Assembly (NCBI GenBank): GCA_048881705.1
Contig: JBHLSH010000049.1
Location: 1-23,196 of the forward strand
Source: Candidatus Heimdallarchaeota archaeon
Lineage (GTDB): Archaea > Asgardarchaeota > Heimdallarchaeia > Hodarchaeales > Hodarchaeaceae
Reading direction: 5' to 3'
Length of the DNA: 23,196 bases
Position 1 is the first letter of the stretch. Every line of letters begins with the position of its first letter. A program made the translations under genes and the position numbers. Shown piece by piece: positions 7,883-17,239 of this stretch. Below the pieces are notes generated by a model. The model ran no database searches and was not told where the DNA came from. It worked only from the letters and a program-made list of their open reading frames with translations.

Positions 7883-9508
7883 ATGTCTTCTTGGAAGAAA
7901 CCCCCCTTCCCTCTTTCTATCCCAAAAAATGATGAGAAACGATCACTAGGAAGAAATTTCCTAGCGTTCGGGTTAATGAATCTGTTTTGGCTTGTTTTCA
8001 GGATAGGATCAAAACCGACAAGAATAAATTACCCATGTCAACGGACTGCTTTATCGAATTTTTCGTTTACTCTATCTGTTATTACTCCAGTCTCACTAGC
8101 TACCTCGTTTACCATGATGGTCAAGGATTTCTTTTCCAAGAATAGTACAATAATTCTCTCCATGCTTCTCATTGGAACGATCAGTGGAGGGATATTTCTA
8201 AAGACCGCAGAACCTAAACCTTTTCAGGAGATACAATTAACCCTGAATTCTCAAACTGCGAGTATCGCCCCTGCATCAGACATATTTGTGGTCAATGGCA
8301 GAAAGGCTGCAAATATTGAGCGTCTAATGAACCTGATGGGTTCTCAGGGTCTCCTTTTTTACAACTCCTCTGAAACAAAAGAGAACCAAGGACCCGATGG
8401 ATTAATTGCGAGTAATGATGTGGTATTGTTGAAGATTAATGCACAGTGGCCATATCGTGGGGGTACAAATACTGATCTCTTGAAAGAAATTGTACAGGCA
8501 ATTATTAACCACCCCGATGGATTCACAGGAGAAATTGTGGTTGCGGATAATGGTCAGGGTAGGGGGAATTTGGATTGGACTCAAAATAATGCAGAAAATC
8601 GTTCTCAATCCGCCCAAAATGTCGTAGATTTATATTCAGTATCCTATAGCGTTTCCACTTATAACTGGCAGGCTATCAGAGGACATCGAGTTCAGGAGTA
8701 CTCTGATGGTGACACGGCAGATGGATATTGCCTAAATGAAACAGCCGATGCCGAAACAGGAATTAAAGTTTCTTATCCCAAGTTTAAAACATCGTTTGGT
8801 ACAAATATTAGTTTGAAACATGGCATATGGAATGGAAATGCTTACGAAACTCGATTAAAAGTTATAAATCTCCCTGTGTTGAAATCTCATTTCGTTTACG
8901 GAGTAACAGGTGTTTTAAAGAACTATATGGGAGTTCAATCGGAAGGAGAAGCGAATGCTGGAGGTTTAGCAAACGGACATAAGTCAGTAGCGACAGGAGG
9001 GATGGGAACTCTAATGGTGGAATGCGGACTTCCCGTTCTAAGTATAATAGATGCAATTTGGATTAATGCCAATCCCAGTCCCAGTTCATTCCAGGGCCCA
9101 TCTACTCCATATGAACTTTCGACGAGAGTAAATGTTATTATAGCGGGCAGAGATCCAGTGGCGCTTGATTACTGGGCCGCAAAGTACGTCCTAATGAAAA
9201 CTTCAAATGAAATTGGATATGAAGATACGCGTTCCCTAGATCCAGAGAATACCGAAAAAACCGTTTTAGAAGAATCATTCGGTGTTTGGTTTAGGTTAAC
9301 CCAAGAAGAACTTGAAAGGGGTGGCTTTCAAGTCACTTCCGATCCAAGCCAGATGAATGTTTATGTCGATGAAGAGCACGAATCTGTGGGAACCTCCTCA
9401 ACAACTACAACGTCATCTACAACTCCAGCTCCGCAAGTAACCTTATTAATCGCAAGTGTTCTTACTATTAGCTTTCTAGCATTACGAAAACGACGACAAA
9501 CACTATAA
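7883..9508 (+). CDS. Membrane-anchored DUF362-domain protein with C-terminal sorting-signal-like tail
   Basis: DUF362 motifs VLLKINAQW, VVADNGQG, INLPVLKSH-x4-VTGVLKNYMG, IIDAIW and IIAGRDPVALDYWA. N-terminal hydrophobic segments around GSKPTRINYPCQR. The C-terminus is a Thr/Ser linker, TPAP, a TM helix and RKRR. Confidence 0.8.
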   Translation: MSSWKKPPFPLSIPKNDEKRSLGRNFLAFGLMNLFWLVFRIGSKPTRINYPCQRTALSNFSFTLSVITPVSLATSFTMMVKDFFSKNSTIILSMLLIGTISGGIFLKTAEPKPFQEIQLTLNSQTASIAPASDIFVVNGRKAANIERLMNLMGSQGLLFYNSSETKENQGPDGLIASNDVVLLKINAQWPYRGGTNTDLLKEIVQAIINHPDGFTGEIVVADNGQGRGNLDWTQNNAENRSQSAQNVVDLYSVSYSVSTYNWQAIRGHRVQEYSDGDTADGYCLNETADAETGIKVSYPKFKTSFGTNISLKHGIWNGNAYETRLKVINLPVLKSHFVYGVTGVLKNYMGVQSEGEANAGGLANGHKSVATGGMGTLMVECGLPVLSIIDAIWINANPSPSSFQGPSTPYELSTRVNVIIAGRDPVALDYWAAKYVLMKTSNEIGYEDTRSLDPENTEKTVLEESFGVWFRLTQEELERGGFQVTSDPSQMNVYVDEEHESVGTSSTTTTSSTTPAPQVTLLIASVLTISFLALRKRRQTL

Positions 9509-9771
9509 ACTAGAAGCTAGAGACTAATTTACGGTTTTCTTGAAGGTTAATCGTGTTGTTTTCAGTATAGGGATTGTATTTATCGCCTATTTTCCCTTAA
9601 CATATTTTTTAGAAGTATTAATAAATGGAATTTCAGGGAAAAGCGGGGAAATATGATCATTCTGGGGTGATTTTCCTCCCCTTAGCCTATCATGGAACTT
9701 TCCACATTTATTAGTTGTTGTCCTCAATAATCTGTAATCCTCTTCTTTTAACACCGTTTCTTTTTCAGTAT

Positions 9772-10593
9772 CTATGCCTTGGTAAGGCGAATAAAGCATG
9801 AAGAACACATTTTGGCATAGATATTTGCCTCATAAACAAGGTAACATTTTGGACAATACAATCCATGGGGTTGTTCCAGGTCTACCTGGCGATGATCATT
9901 CCAATTTCGGTCATGAAGTTCTTCCTCGGATAATAAAGGAGGAAGCTGCACGATGTTCTCTGATTCGGGAATTCGTGCCAAATGGTTTGACATCCGATAT
10001 TCCGCGGGAGTCAAATCCTTCCATTGTATAAGATGCGCTTGAACTGCCTCCTTTTCTGGGGTTACAAGGTAAAATCGCTTGGGAATCATCCGCAGGTCAA
10101 GAACACGAATGCTACTGGAGAATAGGATCTGATCCAAAGGATCGTATACATTTTCAACATGAGATGTGAGCAGAGAGGCCTCCGGGCTATCTACCTTTAG
10201 AAAACGTTCCAACTTCTCGTAAGTAACGCGGAGGTCAATTTTTTTACTAAACGGGTCAATTAACAAATCATATTGATTGATTAAAATCTTCAAAAGACTT
10301 ATCTGGGCAAACTCTATCCGTGGGTAATCTCGGAAGCTATCCAATCGGAAGTTTTCTCCGAAAGCGAACTGTAATACGAAAAACAGCCATTTTTTCCAAT
10401 CATCCCTTATTCTTCCAAAACGTTTAATGTAATCAATTGCTGCTAATATGAGAAATTGCGAAACATCTGCCCGGTCGGCATATTGTTCAATTCGCTCGTC
10501 TCGGGAAAAACAAAGCTCGATAACATTAAATGGGAGAATAACAAAAACTGAGCAAGGATGTATCACCATATATACCCCCAGGCACCTTATCAA
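9772..10593 (-). CDS. Hypothetical protein with C-terminal Zn ribbon
   Basis: Long ORF starting 21 nt after the hisS stop; C-terminal CPKC-x12-CSSC. Exact start uncertain. Confidence 0.7.
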   Translation of the reverse strand: MIRCLGVYMVIHPCSVFVILPFNVIELCFSRDERIEQYADRADVSQFLILAAIDYIKRFGRIRDDWKKWLFFVLQFAFGENFRLDSFRDYPRIEFAQISLLKILINQYDLLIDPFSKKIDLRVTYEKLERFLKVDSPEASLLTSHVENVYDPLDQILFSSSIRVLDLRMIPKRFYLVTPEKEAVQAHLIQWKDLTPAEYRMSNHLARIPESENIVQLPPLLSEEELHDRNWNDHRQVDLEQPHGLYCPKCYLVYEANIYAKMCSSCFIRLTKA

Positions 10594-10614
10594 CCCGCAT
10601 GATTAAATAAACCA

Positions 10615-11925
10615 TTATTCTAGTTCAAGGAGGCTCTTTAATCTTGAAGGAAGCTGATCCAAGGGTATCTTCAATTCCTTGCCATCTTTCATGGATCGGA
10701 GAGTACCTACTTTTTCCTCCAAATCCCTTTTTCCCACTATTGCTACGTAAGGTATTTCATATTGGTTAGCATACTCCAGGTTTCTAGATATCCTTCTATT
10801 AAGCAAATCAATTTCTGTTCGGATACCTTCTCTACGAAGTTCGGTCGCAAGTACGACACATTGATCCAAAGTTCCAATCGGAATGATGAAAACCTGGGTA
10901 AGCGACTTGGGAGGGGTCTTTACCGACACCAGGGCATCGAAAATCGTGTCTAGACCGAAGGATATCCCGACAGCAGGGAACTCCTCCTTACGCCCGAGAA
11001 AACTTCCAATTATCTTATCATAACGACCCCCACCGCACAGCGAGGAGTCCAAAATTCCGGATTTTTTAAGAAATGCCTCAAACACAGTTCCAGTGTAAAT
11101 TTCCAGGCCGCGCGCAAGGCTGTATAGGAGTTTAACATCCTCGTGAATTTGAAATAGCTGTAAAAAGTGATAAAGCTGACGTAATTCAGTAATCCCTTCT
11201 AAACCAACCTTATTAGAGAGTTCAGGCTCGAGGTGGTCTAAAATCTTCATGTATTTGCCTGAGAATCTGAAGTATGAGAAAATCCGCTCAGTAAGATCAG
11301 AATCAATGCCTTTATCTCCTAACTCAGCCTGAACTCCATCGAATCCAATCTTTTTTAGTTTGTCTATAGAAAGAATCGTGGTCTTAAGTTTGTCATTGGG
11401 GACTCCAGCTTCCATTAAAATTCCAGTTAATAATTTACGATTGTTGACCTCTAGATACACCTCAAGACCAAGAGTTGTAAATATGTTGTGCGCTACGGCT
11501 AGACATTCAGCATCGGCCAACATGGAAGAAACGCCAATTACGTCAGCATCGCATTGGACAAACTCTCGATAACGACCCTTTTTGACTGGTCCATCACGAA
11601 AACAGGAACCTATTTCGTACCGCTTGAAGGGTCTACCAAGGTTTGGATTCATCCCTACGAGACGCGAAAGGGGAACGGATAGATCATAGCGAAGGCCCAG
11701 TTCCCTTTGCCCTTGATCACGGAGTCTATACGCTTCTTTAAGGATCTCTTCTCCGCCAGCGTATTTTGAGGCCAGAATGTCCCACATTTCGATAATTGGG
11801 GTCTGCGCAGGTTGATATCCGTATTTCTGAAATATCTCTTTAATCACTGTCACAATCTGATCGCGGAGGATCTGTTCTTGAGGGAGATAATCTTTTGTTC
11901 CCTTTAGAAGCGCTAGTTCCACCAA
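10615..11925 (-). CDS. hisS: Histidine--tRNA ligase (archaeal type)
   Basis: GTKDYLP, LRYDLSVPL, motif 2 FRDGPVKKGRYREFVQCDAD, LARGLEIYTGTVFE, GGGRYD, motif 3 AVGISFGLD, and the C-terminal anticodon-binding domain. Confidence 0.97.
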   Translation of the reverse strand: MVELALLKGTKDYLPQEQILRDQIVTVIKEIFQKYGYQPAQTPIIEMWDILASKYAGGEEILKEAYRLRDQGQRELGLRYDLSVPLSRLVGMNPNLGRPFKRYEIGSCFRDGPVKKGRYREFVQCDADVIGVSSMLADAECLAVAHNIFTTLGLEVYLEVNNRKLLTGILMEAGVPNDKLKTTILSIDKLKKIGFDGVQAELGDKGIDSDLTERIFSYFRFSGKYMKILDHLEPELSNKVGLEGITELRQLYHFLQLFQIHEDVKLLYSLARGLEIYTGTVFEAFLKKSGILDSSLCGGGRYDKIIGSFLGRKEEFPAVGISFGLDTIFDALVSVKTPPKSLTQVFIIPIGTLDQCVVLATELRREGIRTEIDLLNRRISRNLEYANQYEIPYVAIVGKRDLEEKVGTLRSMKDGKELKIPLDQLPSRLKSLLELE

Positions 11926-11942
11926 TTTTAATCATATTCGGC

Positions 11943-13385
11943 TTAACTGTGATATAAATTTAAGTATTCGGCCGCCGCTTTCGTCCATGAGAAATCTTGT
12001 TTCATCCCTCGCCGCATAATTTGGTGCCACGTCGTTTTATTCTTGAAAATCCCAAGTACCCTAGTAAAAGTGCGTTTGAAATGTTGATCATCGAATTTGC
12101 TGAATGTGAAGCCATTTCCTTTCTCTGGGTAGGTAAAGTAATCAATAATACTATCAGCAAGCCCTCCTGTTTTATGGACAATTGGGACTGTTCCATATCT
12201 TAAACTATACTTATCATTCAATCCACTGGGCTCGTAGCGCGAGGGCATTAGAAAGATATCTGCCCCTGCTTCAATCTGATGGGCAAGCCGATCATTAAAT
12301 GCAAGCGTAATACCTGTACTATTAGGGAATGTCTGATTCAAATCCAAGAACCTGTTTTCGATTGTTGGATCTCCAGTTCCTAAAAGTACAAATTGGATTT
12401 TCTCCCCTAATAGGTCAGGTAAAACGTGTAGGACCAAGTCCATCCCTTTTTGCCAATCCAAACGGGAGACTGCAGCACACAAGGGAATATCGGATGCTGG
12501 ATCCATGCGGAAATTTCTTTGTAAAACTTGTTTACAAACTTCTTTGCCGGATAAATCATTTTTATCATAATTTTTGGCAATAAATGGGTCGTTTTTGGGA
12601 TCCCAGATGGTATAATCTACCCCATTGAGAATTCCCACAAGTTTCGCTGCCTTGGAATTAATCAGGCCCCCTAATCCTGCCCCTTGGGTTTCAGTTTGTA
12701 TTTCTTGCGCATACGTAGGACTGACAGTAGTAAGCCAGTCCGCATGAAGAATTCCAGCTTTCATGAGATTGATTTTACCCCAATACTCAAGTTCATCTTG
12801 ATGAAAGAACCTTTGGCCGATTCCCAACAGGGGGAACGAAGACCTGGGATAGATTCCCTGATAGGCCAAATTGTGGATGGTAAATATCCGCAATGGCATA
12901 TGCTTCTTGGAAAACTCCATTAAACCAGTATATAATGCGATCAAGGCTGTTTGCCAATCATGCATGTGGAAGATATCATAATGATTGGTTTTGGAGAAAG
13001 CGGAGACAGCACGCAGTGCTGATTTACAAAAGAAAACGAATCGTGTGAGATTATCTTTATAGTCCCTGCCTTCTTTGCCATAGAGATGGCTTCGAGAACC
13101 AAATAGTTGATAATTACTGATGAAATAAACCTTTAAATTCTGAATCTCGGTTTGATATTCCCACGCCTTACCAAAATATGATCGACTCCCGATTTTCACC
13201 GGTATTGAGTCCAGAACGAGTTTCAGCGAAAGATTTGATCTTTCTATTTTCCGATAAAAGGGTAGAAACACATCAATTGCTGTTAGGTGGGGCGCTAAAG
13301 CTCGAGGGAGAGCTCTCATAACGTCACCAAGGCCTCCTGTCTTGATAAACGGTTCCATTTCACTGGCGAACATGGCAACTCGCAT
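11943..13385 (-). CDS. glgA: Glycogen synthase (GT5, ADP-glucose type)
   Basis: KTGGLGDV, HMHDWQTAL, FTIHNLAYQG, TTVSPTYAQEI, GILNGVDY, VSRLDWQKG and ADIFLMPSRYEP...RYGTVPIVHKTGGLADSI. Confidence 0.95.
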   Translation of the reverse strand: MRVAMFASEMEPFIKTGGLGDVMRALPRALAPHLTAIDVFLPFYRKIERSNLSLKLVLDSIPVKIGSRSYFGKAWEYQTEIQNLKVYFISNYQLFGSRSHLYGKEGRDYKDNLTRFVFFCKSALRAVSAFSKTNHYDIFHMHDWQTALIALYTGLMEFSKKHMPLRIFTIHNLAYQGIYPRSSFPLLGIGQRFFHQDELEYWGKINLMKAGILHADWLTTVSPTYAQEIQTETQGAGLGGLINSKAAKLVGILNGVDYTIWDPKNDPFIAKNYDKNDLSGKEVCKQVLQRNFRMDPASDIPLCAAVSRLDWQKGMDLVLHVLPDLLGEKIQFVLLGTGDPTIENRFLDLNQTFPNSTGITLAFNDRLAHQIEAGADIFLMPSRYEPSGLNDKYSLRYGTVPIVHKTGGLADSIIDYFTYPEKGNGFTFSKFDDQHFKRTFTRVLGIFKNKTTWHQIMRRGMKQDFSWTKAAAEYLNLYHS

Positions 13386-13570
13386 AATTTACCCACACAC
13401 TTGCCAGACAAAGGGGGAAGGTCTAATCTCCCTTAGGATTCTCAATTATAAAATCAAGAGCATACCCATTTGAAGCAGAATTTACCTTTTTTGTTGGATG
13501 AGGGTTTTGAACAGCATCCTCCAGAGCTTCTATCACTTAGTTTTTATCATGGTTTCGTGGACGTGTAATC

Positions 13571-14026
13571 ATGGCGGGTGATATCTTTCGTTTCCGACCC
13601 CAACTGTACGGTAGTTCGCTGCCGTATTCCAAAGACGCGATCGAAAATATGGAGTCTCTGAATATAGCAGTAGTTATCTCATTCGCTCGTTCCCGTATAT
13701 CTTTTCAGGGAACTAGTATTGAACATATCCCATTTCCAGTTCAAGACTTTGGGGTTCCGTCTCGGTCAAATCTGGAGGAGTTTCTTCAAATTGTTGAGCA
13801 GCGGCTTGCAGAGAACAAAAACATACTAGTTCATTGTTACGCGGGCTGTGGTCGTACGGGATTAATGCTGGCCGTCATTAACATGTTTTTCTTTGGGGAA
13901 GATCTGGATGCAACTCTAGAACGACTGCTATCGGTAAGGCCATGCGCTCGGGAGGTTGTGAATAATCCAATTCAGTATCAATTCTTAGAAGAGTACGAAA
14001 AATCACTAAATCGGGATTCTACGTAA
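13571..14026 (+). CDS. Dual-specificity protein phosphatase (CX5R)
   Basis: P-loop ILVHCYAGCGRTG and general-acid loop PVQDFGVP; single 151-aa domain. Confidence 0.92.
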   Translation: MAGDIFRFRPQLYGSSLPYSKDAIENMESLNIAVVISFARSRISFQGTSIEHIPFPVQDFGVPSRSNLEEFLQIVEQRLAENKNILVHCYAGCGRTGLMLAVINMFFFGEDLDATLERLLSVRPCAREVVNNPIQYQFLEEYEKSLNRDST

Positions 14027-14028
14027 TA

Positions 14029-15066
14029 TTAGGAGAGAGAATAAACCGCACGCGCTTTGCGAGCTCCCATTCCCGTTAACTGGCTAATAACTTGATAAAA
14101 CTCCATATCTCGAATTTTCGCTCTTTGATTTGCGGTACAAAGCTCTGTTAGATATGTTTTAAGCCCTGGAACAAGATCTTGGGCTATTTTAACTGGAAGA
14201 TTTCGCCATTTTTTCCGAAATCCTGTCTTTTTTAGTAGAACACGAGGATTGCCGAATAAAAATAGATTATTGGTAGTAACAACAAAATCCATTGCATTCA
14301 TTGGGTAGTAACCGAATATCAGACGTGCTGGCGTTGCATCGAAAAGGAACCGGCTAAATTGTACGATCACTCCTGAAAAAGCTGCAATTAATGCAGGATC
14401 AGCCGGCGGAAGATGCGAAAGGTACAATTCAGTTCCAGCAAGTGAAGAGATCAATCCCCACGGTGAAGTCGCTGATATAATGGGTATGTATCCTTCAAGG
14501 AGATCCCTTAGCAATGCGTGAAAGAATAACAATTCCTCTATCGATAAGGCAGAGAAGGAACATTCGCCATTTCCGACGGTGACATTCTTGTTATAAGTCA
14601 CTGCTTGTACAGCTTCTTGGAAAATACTGTCTATGATTGTATTATCAACCTCGATAGTGTCTCTAGTATAGAAATCAGAGTAGATAAGTGAGGCGGTACC
14701 CGCGAGGATACTTCTTATATCGTCAAGCGGAGGAATCGGATCAGAATTGAGCTGTATCTGATTCATTAACCTGGTTGTAACCAACGGATCAGAAACTATA
14801 ATGGAGTATTTCTCGAGAAGATTTACTATTAATATCTCTCGTGCTTTTGTTGGATGTGGTCTGGGATATCGGAGTCTAATCAACCCTATAACTTGATCAA
14901 GCATCTCTGTCCCTAGATTACTGAGGGCTTTAATAAAAGAAACAACCTGAATGAGTTTTGCTTGATCTATATCGCCAAAATGCCATTTTACTTGGTTTTC
15001 CGCTGTTAAAACGGCCCAATTGTCAATATATAGCCGTCTATTGGTGTTCAACAGAATCCCATTCAA
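14029..15066 (-). CDS. Hypothetical protein with two longin/roadblock-like segments
   Basis: Segment 1: WAVLTAENQVKWHFG...VVSFIKALSNLGTEMLDQVIGLIRL. Segment 2: WGLISSLAGTELYLS...DPALIAAFSGVIVQFSRFLFDATPARLIFG...MDFVV. TTG start. The CDS is solid; the fold call is tentative. Confidence 0.6.
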   Translation of the reverse strand: MNGILLNTNRRLYIDNWAVLTAENQVKWHFGDIDQAKLIQVVSFIKALSNLGTEMLDQVIGLIRLRYPRPHPTKAREILIVNLLEKYSIIVSDPLVTTRLMNQIQLNSDPIPPLDDIRSILAGTASLIYSDFYTRDTIEVDNTIIDSIFQEAVQAVTYNKNVTVGNGECSFSALSIEELLFFHALLRDLLEGYIPIISATSPWGLISSLAGTELYLSHLPPADPALIAAFSGVIVQFSRFLFDATPARLIFGYYPMNAMDFVVTTNNLFLFGNPRVLLKKTGFRKKWRNLPVKIAQDLVPGLKTYLTELCTANQRAKIRDMEFYQVISQLTGMGARKARAVYSLS

Positions 15067-15306
15067 TCTACAGAAGAGGCGTCTTAAAGCCTTCCTGAAT
15101 ACTTCAACCTGATGATGGAACTATGTTGGGTTTCAGGATATTACCAGATACGAGATCAATACCTAAACCAGCTCTATCGTGGTGCATTTATTTTAGAATC
15201 CCAGATTTTACCGGTTCCTCTTCCTTAACAAACTTAAAATTATACACGGACAGAATATTCATTCGATCTCGGGCAGTAGGGCAGCCCATGGAAGGAGAAG
15301 TTCTGA

Positions 15307-16020
15307 TTATGGATGAATAGCGATTTTCAGGAATAAAGACTGGCTGTTTAGGCTCCAATCATATTCCATGTACTTGATAGTTGATCGATCAAACATACTT
15401 TGCTCTGGAGGGGATTTCAGATATGGGTAGATGAATAATTTCACCCCTCCTGCAGAATCAAAGTCTTTTGTGTACATTTTGAATATTTCATTTAGCCAAA
15501 GAATTCCATTCTCCGCATCGAGTCGAACGTGAGACTCATTGTTAACGAAAGAAACAGTAAGTTCCTCTAGATGTTTTTCTAATGTCGATTCTTCAAATAA
15601 TTTTCCAGGAAGTACTGGACAACTCCGACTTGCGCAATTAATGGCAAAATGGATACGTGGATCGCGGAATTCCTCCCGAAGGATCTTGTTTTCTAGATAA
15701 TGCAATGAAATCCTCCGATTGGCTACCAAGTGCTTCCTCAAGTAAAAAAACTTGAACCGCTTCCAGAAAGTGGTATTGCCCCTCCATTTAGGATTCCTAC
15801 CCACCTCCTGACACGCGGATTTCAACACAAGTAAATTGTACGCATTTAGCCAAAAGGCCAATTTCGCTTTCTCCGACAGAACAGTGATATCTGTTTGTTC
15901 GATTCGCTGAATTTGTGAGTGTAACCAAGGATTCTCATGTAGTGATTCGTAATCTACCAAACCTTCACTGTTCAAGTAATCCTTTAATATTGCAAATTCA
16001 GTTATATCTGGCATAGACAT
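15307..16020 (-). CDS. DUF547 domain protein
   Basis: GLVDY, LAFWLNAYN, LENKILR-x4-DPRIHFAINCASRSCP, IFKMYTKDF and YDWSLN. Confidence 0.93.
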   Translation of the reverse strand: MSMPDITEFAILKDYLNSEGLVDYESLHENPWLHSQIQRIEQTDITVLSEKAKLAFWLNAYNLLVLKSACQEVGRNPKWRGNTTFWKRFKFFYLRKHLVANRRISLHYLENKILREEFRDPRIHFAINCASRSCPVLPGKLFEESTLEKHLEELTVSFVNNESHVRLDAENGILWLNEIFKMYTKDFDSAGGVKLFIYPYLKSPPEQSMFDRSTIKYMEYDWSLNSQSLFLKIAIHP

Positions 16021-16264
16021 CCATCAAGTACATCAATCGCCTGGATTAAATACCTATCTATCGTATTACGAATTAATTTAAAGCAGCCCAGGTGATAGTT
16101 CGAGATCAGTTAAGTAACTCATAGTATCAAGATAATATCTATTGAAAACAAAGTAAATTAAAAAATCCTAGGTGAAACTGACTGAGTGCTACTATAGTTA
16201 ATTTTTATTGCCCCTAGATTTTCAAATCATTATTTTTACTTGTTTAAACTTCAAGGTTCCTAGT

Positions 16265-17239
16265 ATGCCAATACCAGTCGGAGTTATCATCTTTGAAATC
16301 TTTGTTACTGCATCTTTTATTGGAACAGCTTTTCTAGTGATTTTGAAAAAGGAGTGGCTTGATCTGTTGGTCATTTTGGGAGCCACAGTGTTTGGTGTAA
16401 CTCTCGAATACTTCAATGTACTCCTCTATGATACATATGTATATAATCCCCTTTTTTTCCTCCAAATTGGGATTCCTCCTCAAAATATTCCTTTAGGAAT
16501 CGGGATGGGGTGGGGGTTAATCATTTACTCTTCTATGCTTGTATCTAATAGTTTAAGCATATCAAAATATGCAAAGCCGTTCTTAGATGCCACTCTTGCG
16601 TTGACAATCGATCTTTCCATGGACGCCATAGCTATCAGATTGGATGGAGGCTTTTGGACCTGGTTTTTGCCTCTAACACCCTCCGTCAGCGTAACTAGTT
16701 TTTTTGGGGTGCCTTATGCCAATTTTTATGGATGGTGGATGGTTGTGTTGATTTTCTCTTGTATGGCACGAATTGGTCGGAGTTTATGGAGAGCTTCGCA
16801 CAAACTTGGAGCGGTGTTCCTAGGAATTATCCCTTTTTTGAGTTACATCCCACTTTATTATGCTTTAGAAATGATTAGAGAGAGTTCTCGCTGGTTTTAC
16901 TCTTTTGGATTCTATTCCGATGAGACGCAGGCCCTTTTCATCAACACGTTCTTTATAACGATTCTCTTACTCTTCATCGGTCTTGTTATCCCACTAATGT
17001 CCTGGAAATGTCAAGAAAAACGATCCGCTACCACCTACAGACACAACGTCTTATTATCATCAATGGTTCCACGGATTACATTCTTTGGCTTCCATCTTGT
17101 TTTCCTCCTGCTAGGGACATTGTATCAACTCTGGTCAGGGCTCCCTCTCCTTCTACTAGTGAGCTCACTTTTACTGGGATTTCATGTTTATCTACGCCTT
17201 CGACTGAGCCATAATCCGCCCCTTAATCCCATGGTGTAG
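16265..17239 (+). CDS. Multi-pass membrane protein, CruF/DUF422 (carotenoid hydratase-like) family
   Basis: LEYFNV, IPLGIGMGW, DLSMDAIA, GFWTW and FFGVPYANFYGWW, plus extra C-terminal TM helices. The ATG at 16265 is in frame with the track's TTG at 16208. Confidence 0.7.
   Translation: MPIPVGVIIFEIFVTASFIGTAFLVILKKEWLDLLVILGATVFGVTLEYFNVLLYDTYVYNPLFFLQIGIPPQNIPLGIGMGWGLIIYSSMLVSNSLSISKYAKPFLDATLALTIDLSMDAIAIRLDGGFWTWFLPLTPSVSVTSFFGVPYANFYGWWMVVLIFSCMARIGRSLWRASHKLGAVFLGIIPFLSYIPLYYALEMIRESSRWFYSFGFYSDETQALFINTFFITILLLFIGLVIPLMSWKCQEKRSATTYRHNVLLSSMVPRITFFGFHLVFLLLGTLYQLWSGLPLLLLVSSLLLGFHVYLRLRLSHNPPLNPMV

Noticed and set aside
9540-9808. 38-aa hydrophobic ORF 9540-9656 (+, TTG start) and 73-aa ORF 9587-9808 (-)
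   Set aside because: They overlap each other in an intergenic gap between convergent genes and show no RBS or motif; neither is supportable.
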